Of a stretch of DNA of 64,000 nt, positions 58,823 through 64,000 are shown piece by piece (the first letter of the stretch is position 1; each line of letters opens with the position of its first letter). Origin of the DNA: an uncultured Acidobacteriota bacterium (lineage in GTDB: Bacteria; Acidobacteriota; Vicinamibacteria; Vicinamibacterales; 2-12-FULL-66-21). The translations under genes were made by a program, and so were the position numbers. The notes beneath the pieces were generated by a model. That model had not been told where the DNA came from and ran no database searches. It saw nothing but the letters and a program-made list of their open reading frames with translations. The stretch spans positions 151,844 to 215,843 of the forward strand of contig CAVOPH010000003.1 of NCBI GenBank assembly GCA_963697775.1, given 5' to 3'.

Positions 58823-58903
58823 GGTTCTACTGGGTTCTGCAGGGTTCTACCAGGTTCTGCTGGGTTCGTTCAGGGTTCTGCAGGGCTCGTTCAGGGTTCT
58901 ACG
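58823..58903 (+). repeat. 10/11-bp-phased GGTTCTRC repeat array (8 forward copies)
   Basis: Cores occur at 58823, 58833, 58843, 58853, 58863, 58874, 58884 (GGCTC) and 58895. The array lies between the cytochrome c start and the HAD stop codon (58899-58901). Confidence 0.9.
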
Positions 58904-59577
58904 AAGTTTTTGCGAGAGCCTGCGGGCTGAGATCGATGTCGAGCAGATCGCCGATGCGATCGACGGTGATGTCGGCGGGCGGATAGCGGTGGAGCACGTC
59001 GGGGTCGCGTGCGTAGTGGCCCTGACGCGGAAAGACGGTGGTGACGTGGCTTCCCCACACGGTTTTGATCGCGTCGAGCAGTCGAAGCTTGTCGTCCACG
59101 ATCACGTAGTGTTCGGCTGGAAACCGCCGCTCCACGTCTTCAAGCTCCAGCTTCCTTGTGCACGTAAATCAGCACGTTGCCGTCAACGGCTTCATAGAGC
59201 CCGGATCGCTCGATCTTTCGCGGCTGAAAGACCACGTCGCCGTCGGTGAGAATCACGGCCGGCCCCCACGCTTTCACGCGATCGATCACGTCAAGCGAGT
59301 TCGGAAACAGCCGGTTCGCAAATGGGTAATTAATGAGATACGACGACGCTTTGAGGACGTTCAGATCGTGCGGGCATTCGGTGCGGTATTGCTGCAGCGC
59401 GCCAAGGTAATCGGCATACCCCAGTTCCGAGCGAAGACGCTCGAAGATCACCCAGTATCGCCGCGCCGGCTCCTCCCCGACGGACCTCTCGAGGTGCCGC
59501 ATCAAATCGGCAACAACACGGTCGTTGTCGAGCAGGGTGTTGTCGACATCGAGCAAGTAGACAATCGACGAACGCAT
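58899..59577 (-). CDS. HAD-superfamily hydrolase; frame interrupted about 59140-59160
   Basis: Motif I is YLLDVDNTLLDN. ORFs 59140..59577 and 58899..59135 join as ...VLIYVHKE / LELEDVERRFPAEHYVIVDDKLRLL (motif IV, DD). Confidence 0.75.
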
Positions 59578-59586
59578 GGAGATGGA

Positions 59587-61173
59587 TCAGTCGAAACGAA
59601 CCAGATTGCGGACCACCGCGGCCAGTGTGCTCGGAGACAGCGGCCGGCCCACCTGCGCGTGAAACCCGGCCGCCAGTACTCGTCGTTTCACCTGCGGGCT
59701 GTCGTAGGCGGTCACGGCGACCACGGGAATGGCGCCGCCGCGCGCGGCCGTCCGCCTGCCGAGCGCCGAGCCGAGCGCCAGTGCAGCATCATCGGCTTCC
59801 GGGACGTCGGCGACGATCGCGTGAGGAAGATCCAATCGCGACGTCGCGTCCAGCATGGCCAGGGCTTCCGAGGCGGTCGCGACGGCCGTCACCGTTGCCC
59901 CGTGCTGTTCCAGCGCCACGGTGAGCATCTCGCGCCCGTCGGCGCCCTCGTCAACCACGAGGATGCGCAAACCGGCAAGCTCGATCGACGAGGTGTCGAC
60001 GATCCCCTCTGCCGGGAACTCCGGGCGAGCGGGCAGCGTCACGGTAAAAACCGAACCGCCGCCGAGCTCGCTGTTCACGACGATGCGCCCACCGTGCAGT
60101 TCGACCAGCTGGCGCACCAGAGAGAGACCGATGCCGAGCCCACCGTGGCGGCGCGTCGCTGACGGATCGGCCTGTCGAAAACGCTCAAACACCACGGGCA
60201 GGAATTCCGGCGCAATGCCTTCGCCGGTGTCGGCCACCGTCAAGACCAGGTTGCCGTCGCTCGCCGTAACCGTGACCGTCACCTGGCCGCCGGGCGGCGT
60301 GAACTTCACGGCATTCGCCAGGAGATTCCAGACAATCTGCTGCAGGCGATCGGGATCGCCGCGCATCATCCACGGCTCGGTGCCGATCTCGGACCGCATC
60401 GTCACGCTCTTCGCGGCGGCGGTGGGCTGCACCACATCAATTGCGGCCAGAACCGCGCGGGACAAATCGACGGGTTGAGCGTCCAGCCGCAGCTTTCCGC
60501 TCATGATCCGCGCGGTATCGAGCAGGTCGTCGATGAGCCGAACCTGCGCCAGCGCATTTCGATCGATGATCTCGAGCGCCCGGGCGAGCATCTCGGGTGT
60601 CGCTGGACGCGCGAGAAGAATCCTCGTCCACCCGAGAACCGCATTGAGCGGCGTGCGGATCTCGTGCGACAGGGTCGTCAGGAATTCGTCCCTGGCGCGC
60701 ACCGCCTCCTCCGCCAGCGCCCGCGCCCGATCGGACGCTTCGATCTGCGCCCGCAGTTCGCGCTCGCTGCGGAGGCGCTCGGTCACATCCTCGATGACGC
60801 AGATGGTGCCGACGATCGTATCGCCGACGGTGAGCGGCCCGATGCGGCCACTCTGTCGAATACTTCGTCCGTCCGCGCCCGCCACGGGAATAACGTATCG
60901 ATGGAGTCCGTGCGCCAGCACCGTCGTCTGGCCGAGGAGCGCCGCGTCGAAATACTCACGAAACCCGCGGCTCTCGAGATCCGGGAGCGCATCGAAGACG
61001 GAGTGGCCGATCACCTCGCCGGCGTCGTAACCGGTATTCAGTTCGAGCCAAAGATTCCAGCTGCGGATGGTGTGATCGCGATCCGTCGTGAAGACGCCCT
61101 GCATCGACAGCGTGTCGAGCCACTGCAACAGGGCGGCGCCGAGAACGTCATCGTACGCGGAGGATGCGCACAT
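59587..61173 (-). CDS. PAS-sensor hybrid histidine kinase (PAS-HisKA-HATPase-REC)
   Basis: PAS domain: FTTDRDHTIRSWNLWLELNTGYDAGEVIG. H-box: LSHEIRTPLNAVLGW. Also N box LLANAVKFT, G box DTGEGI and GGLGIGLSLV. C-terminal receiver: ILVVDEG...AIVADV. The ATG overlaps the CheC-like stop codon. Confidence 0.88.
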   Translation of the reverse strand: MCASSAYDDVLGAALLQWLDTLSMQGVFTTDRDHTIRSWNLWLELNTGYDAGEVIGHSVFDALPDLESRGFREYFDAALLGQTTVLAHGLHRYVIPVAGADGRSIRQSGRIGPLTVGDTIVGTICVIEDVTERLRSERELRAQIEASDRARALAEEAVRARDEFLTTLSHEIRTPLNAVLGWTRILLARPATPEMLARALEIIDRNALAQVRLIDDLLDTARIMSGKLRLDAQPVDLSRAVLAAIDVVQPTAAAKSVTMRSEIGTEPWMMRGDPDRLQQIVWNLLANAVKFTPPGGQVTVTVTASDGNLVLTVADTGEGIAPEFLPVVFERFRQADPSATRRHGGLGIGLSLVRQLVELHGGRIVVNSELGGGSVFTVTLPARPEFPAEGIVDTSSIELAGLRILVVDEGADGREMLTVALEQHGATVTAVATASEALAMLDATSRLDLPHAIVADVPEADDAALALGSALGRRTAARGGAIPVVAVTAYDSPQVKRRVLAAGFHAQVGRPLSPSTLAAVVRNLVRFD

Positions 61174-61788
61174 CAACTCTGCCCGTGTTCCCACGCTTCG
61201 ACGCTTCGGATCAACCGGTCCAGGGACGCGACACTCAGCACGATGACGAGATAGCCGGTGACTTCCGCGTCTCGCAGGCGGAAGCCGGCATGAACGACAA
61301 GCCCATACCGGAGTCCTTCGCGGTTGACCATCAACGATCGGAGAATCTCACTGAGGGAGTCCAGGTTGAGTTGCGGAACGGAGAACGAGACTTGCACCTG
61401 CAACAGATTGCCAAACGTGCCCAGGCAGGCGTTCAACAGGATGTTCCCGACCTCGGTGAGCACTTCACGGGCGGAGGCGTCGAGCGGTAGCGGAAGCGGA
61501 GCCTCGTCGGTGAGCAACTCCTTCAGCATCCCGGCGGCTTTGTAGTCGAGGATCAACAGGGCGTCGCCGGCGACCGGCCCGGAGAAAATCTGGTGGACGC
61601 TGGCGACCTCATCGCTCACCACCGCCCGCAACGCCGAATCAAGAGCCGAAATGGGATGCACCGATACCTGCGGCACCTCCAGACACGACTCGGTGCCCCG
61701 TCAGCTGCGAGAGTGAGGCCGCCGCGCGGCCGAAGCCAATACTCAGCAGCTCGATGAGCGCATCCTGCTGAAGCTCGGTCAGCTCCAC
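61173..61788 (-). CDS. CheC/CheX-family CheY-P phosphatase-like protein; frame interrupted about 61677-61690
   Basis: The N-terminus from the GTG at 61788 is VELTELQQDALIELLSIGFGRAAASLSQLTGHRVV, and the protein then continues as LEVPQVSVHPIS.... One intact active-site motif ExxN-x22-P is present (EVGNILLNACLGTFGNLLQVQVSFSVP). Confidence 0.7.
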
Positions 61789-62156
61789 GAGTCACCTCGC
61801 TCGACGGCCCGCGCCACGACGTCGAGCATCTGCTGTTCATCCGCAGGCTTGTTCAGAAAGCCCGAGGCGCCCGCCGCCTGGACCATCTCTCGCGATGACG
61901 TCTGAATGTCCGCCGACAGCACGACGACGCGGGCGTCAGGATCCATTTCTCGAAGCTTGGCCAGAACCTCCAGACCGTACATACCCTTCATGACGAGGTC
62001 GAGCAACACGACGTCAGGCTTCTCGACAAAATATTGCTCGATCGCCGCCATCCCATCTTCGGCTTCCACGACCACGTACCCGGCTCGTTCGAGTATTCTC
62101 CGGGCACTCCGCCGCGCGAGACCCGAGTCGTCCACGAGCAGGACCTTGGGCGTCAT
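61779..62156 (-). CDS. cheY: CheY-like single-domain response regulator
   Basis: MTPKVLLVDDSGLARR...PDVVLLDLVMKGMYG...VVVLSAD...FLNKP. The ATG overlaps the cheB stop codon (ATGA). Confidence 0.88.
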   Translation of the reverse strand: MTPKVLLVDDSGLARRSARRILERAGYVVVEAEDGMAAIEQYFVEKPDVVLLDLVMKGMYGLEVLAKLREMDPDARVVVLSADIQTSSREMVQAAGASGFLNKPADEQQMLDVVARAVERGDSWS

Positions 62157-63220
62157 ATGCGTTCCATTATCGCCTTCGCCATCAGTTCCAAGGGAAAAAC
62201 TCCATCGCTCAATCCCGCTTCCACGACCGACCGCGGCATGCCGTACACCACGCAACTCTCTTCGGATTCGGTGAGAATCTCTCCACCTCGGGCTTTGATC
62301 CACGCCGACCCTTCGCGGCCGTCGTTGCCCATCCCGGTCATGACCACCCCCAGGACGCGTTTGTCGAAGACCTCAGCGGCTGATTGAAACAGGACATCAA
62401 CCGACGGACGATGCGGCGTGTTCAGGGGCTGAACGTTGAGGCGACTCTCGACGGAACTGCCGCGACGATGAAAGGTGAGGTGTCTCCCCGCGGGTGCCAA
62501 ATAAACGACGCCGGCCCTTAGCTCTTCGGTCCTTTGCACCTCTATGACGGAAAGTGGGGAAAGCTGATCGAGGGTCTTAGCATACATCTCGGTGTACCCG
62601 AGCGGCATATGCATCACGATGGCAACGGGGACCGGAAAATCCGACGGAAACTGTGGAATCACGACCTTCAGGCCTTGCGGCCCTCCCGTCGAGATACCCA
62701 TGACCACAATGTCGACGCGGCCGGCAGCCTTCGCTGCGATCGGCGGCATGGGTTCCGTCACGTGAGCGAGCGCGGGCCGGCGCATCGGGGCACGGGCGGC
62801 GACCTTGACCTTCTCGATGAGCTCGTCGGACATCTCCAGCAGCTTGTCGGTCGCCAGGGTCGTCGGCTTCTGCACGAAATCGATCGCTCCGGCCTCGAGC
62901 GCGCTGAGCACCTGCGCCCCGGCGCCGGCGGCGATGCTGATAATGATGATCGGCAGAGGACGCCGGGCCATCTGGGCCGAGACAAATCCGACGCCGTCCA
63001 TTAACGGCATGTTGAGATCGCAGGTGACGACGTCTGGCTGCAGCTCCTCGACCAGCTCGAGTGCTTCGACCCCGTTTCGTGCGATCCCGACCACGTCGAT
63101 GAACGGGCTTCGAGACAGCATCTGACCGACAACCTTGCGAACGTACGCCGAGTCGTCCACCACCAGGACACGTACTAACTCAGACAAAGAGTTCCTTTCA
63201 CTGCGGCCGGCGTTTGACAT
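62153..63220 (-). CDS. cheB: chemotaxis response regulator protein-glutamate methylesterase
   Basis: Receiver domain: VRVLVVDDSAYVRK...PDVVTCDLNMPLMDG. Esterase domain: VVMGISTGGPQGL, HMPLGYT and VMTGMGNDGREG. Start is the ATG at 63220 or the TTG at 63187. Confidence 0.9.
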   Translation of the reverse strand: MSNAGRSERNSLSELVRVLVVDDSAYVRKVVGQMLSRSPFIDVVGIARNGVEALELVEELQPDVVTCDLNMPLMDGVGFVSAQMARRPLPIIIISIAAGAGAQVLSALEAGAIDFVQKPTTLATDKLLEMSDELIEKVKVAARAPMRRPALAHVTEPMPPIAAKAAGRVDIVVMGISTGGPQGLKVVIPQFPSDFPVPVAIVMHMPLGYTEMYAKTLDQLSPLSVIEVQRTEELRAGVVYLAPAGRHLTFHRRGSSVESRLNVQPLNTPHRPSVDVLFQSAAEVFDKRVLGVVMTGMGNDGREGSAWIKARGGEILTESEESCVVYGMPRSVVEAGLSDGVFPLELMAKAIMERI

Positions 63221-64000
63221 AGATGAACGCGCCGTTGATCTCCTCGAGGGAGAAGCGCGAGTTGAACCGCAACAGCGACTCCGACGCGCCGACACACAAG
63301 TACCCGGGTGACGGCATCCAGTCGCCAAGCCGATCGACGACGGTACCGAATGCCAGCTTCCGTGAAATAGATGAACAGGTTTCGACAGAACACGACGTCC
63401 GCGCACGCCAGAGGTGCGGCCTGTTCCGGGGTCATCAGGTTGACCACCGACCACGACGTCACGCGTGACCACAGTCGGCGGTCGAGTTTCCAGGTGTCTC
63501 CGTCGCGGTGGAAGTATCGTTCGCGCAGCGCGGCGGGAAGACTGCGCAGGGCACGCTCGCGGTAGCGCGCCTCCTGCGCCCGCGCGATCGCCGCCGGGCT
63601 CGCATCGCTCGCGTGAATCTCGATCGGGACACGTTCGAACCAGCCTGCCTGATCGAGCATCATCGCGATCGTCAGCGGCTCCTCCCCTCCCGCGCAGGGG
63701 ATGCTCCAAATCCGCAAGCGGCCGGCCGGCGAGGGTTCCGACAAGGGAAGGCACGATGACGTCCACGAGTGCACGAATCTGATCGATTTCGCGCCAGAAA
63801 TAGCTCTCGGGCACCGCCAGTGCATCCATCACCCGTGGCCATTCCTCGACCGCGGCCTCGTCGTATTTCAACAGGTAGTAATAGTCGAGGAACGACTCGA
63901 AGCCACGATCGATGACCAGAGGGGCCAGCCGGTCCGCCAGCATATCGATGTGAGACTCTTCGAAATAGATTCCGGTCCGTTCGTGGACCAGATTGCGCAG
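63198..64000 (-). CDS. cheR: chemotaxis protein methyltransferase (5' end outside the window); two frame interruptions (about 63350-63365 and 63745-63752)
   Basis: N-terminal domain: LRNLVHERTGIYFEESHIDMLADRLAPLV...ESYFWRE. SAM-binding core in ORF 63175..63825: RLRIWSIPCAGGEEPLTIAMML...VVFCRNLFIYF. C-terminal part in a third frame: KLAFGTVVDRLGDWMPSPGYLCVGASESLL...FIYVKRRPQ. Confidence 0.85.

Overview
This is a high-GC bacterial chromosomal segment. Its gene content looks Acidobacteriota-like: an ADOP-type duplicated FtsX permease, an acidobacterial-type VWA protein, many Ser/Thr kinases, ECF sigma factors and DUF1080 proteins. About 60 protein genes and one tRNA-Thr are supportable.

The main result is a compact, apparently complete sterol biosynthesis and trafficking locus at about 42.4-55.5 kb:
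- an oxidosqualene cyclase with the VSDCTAE catalytic motif
- an ERG4/ERG24-type sterol reductase
- an extended-SDR 3-beta-HSD-like enzyme
- CYP51
- a Rieske oxygenase (SdmA-like)
- squalene epoxidase
- a geranylgeranyl-reductase-family flavoprotein
- a LolA-like periplasmic protein
- a COG1033/HpnN-like RND exporter fused to a cyclic-nucleotide-binding domain
- an ECF sigma / anti-sigma / secreted-protein operon immediately downstream of the cyclase

Other content:
- housekeeping genes: pruA, mreB, amt, a beta-carbonic anhydrase and an RluA-family pseudouridine synthase
- a nucleotidyltransferase gene translationally coupled to a UvrA paralog
- a cytochrome c / Tat-Rieske membrane cluster
- a PQQ dehydrogenase with a dihaem cytochrome c
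- a CheR-CheB-CheY-CheC-PAS hybrid kinase cluster

Two families of short, AT-richer intergenic repeats occur. One is a set of 10-bp-phased GGTTCTRC arrays at three loci. The other is a set of heptamer tandem repeats that start right after stop codons.

At least 13 single-base frame disruptions split otherwise conserved genes. These are most simply assembly indels, but true pseudogenes cannot be excluded. A 41-nt copy of the tRNA-Thr 3' half lies 3.1 kb downstream of the tRNA. It brackets a kinase and an ECF sigma remnant, which suggests a decayed integrated element.
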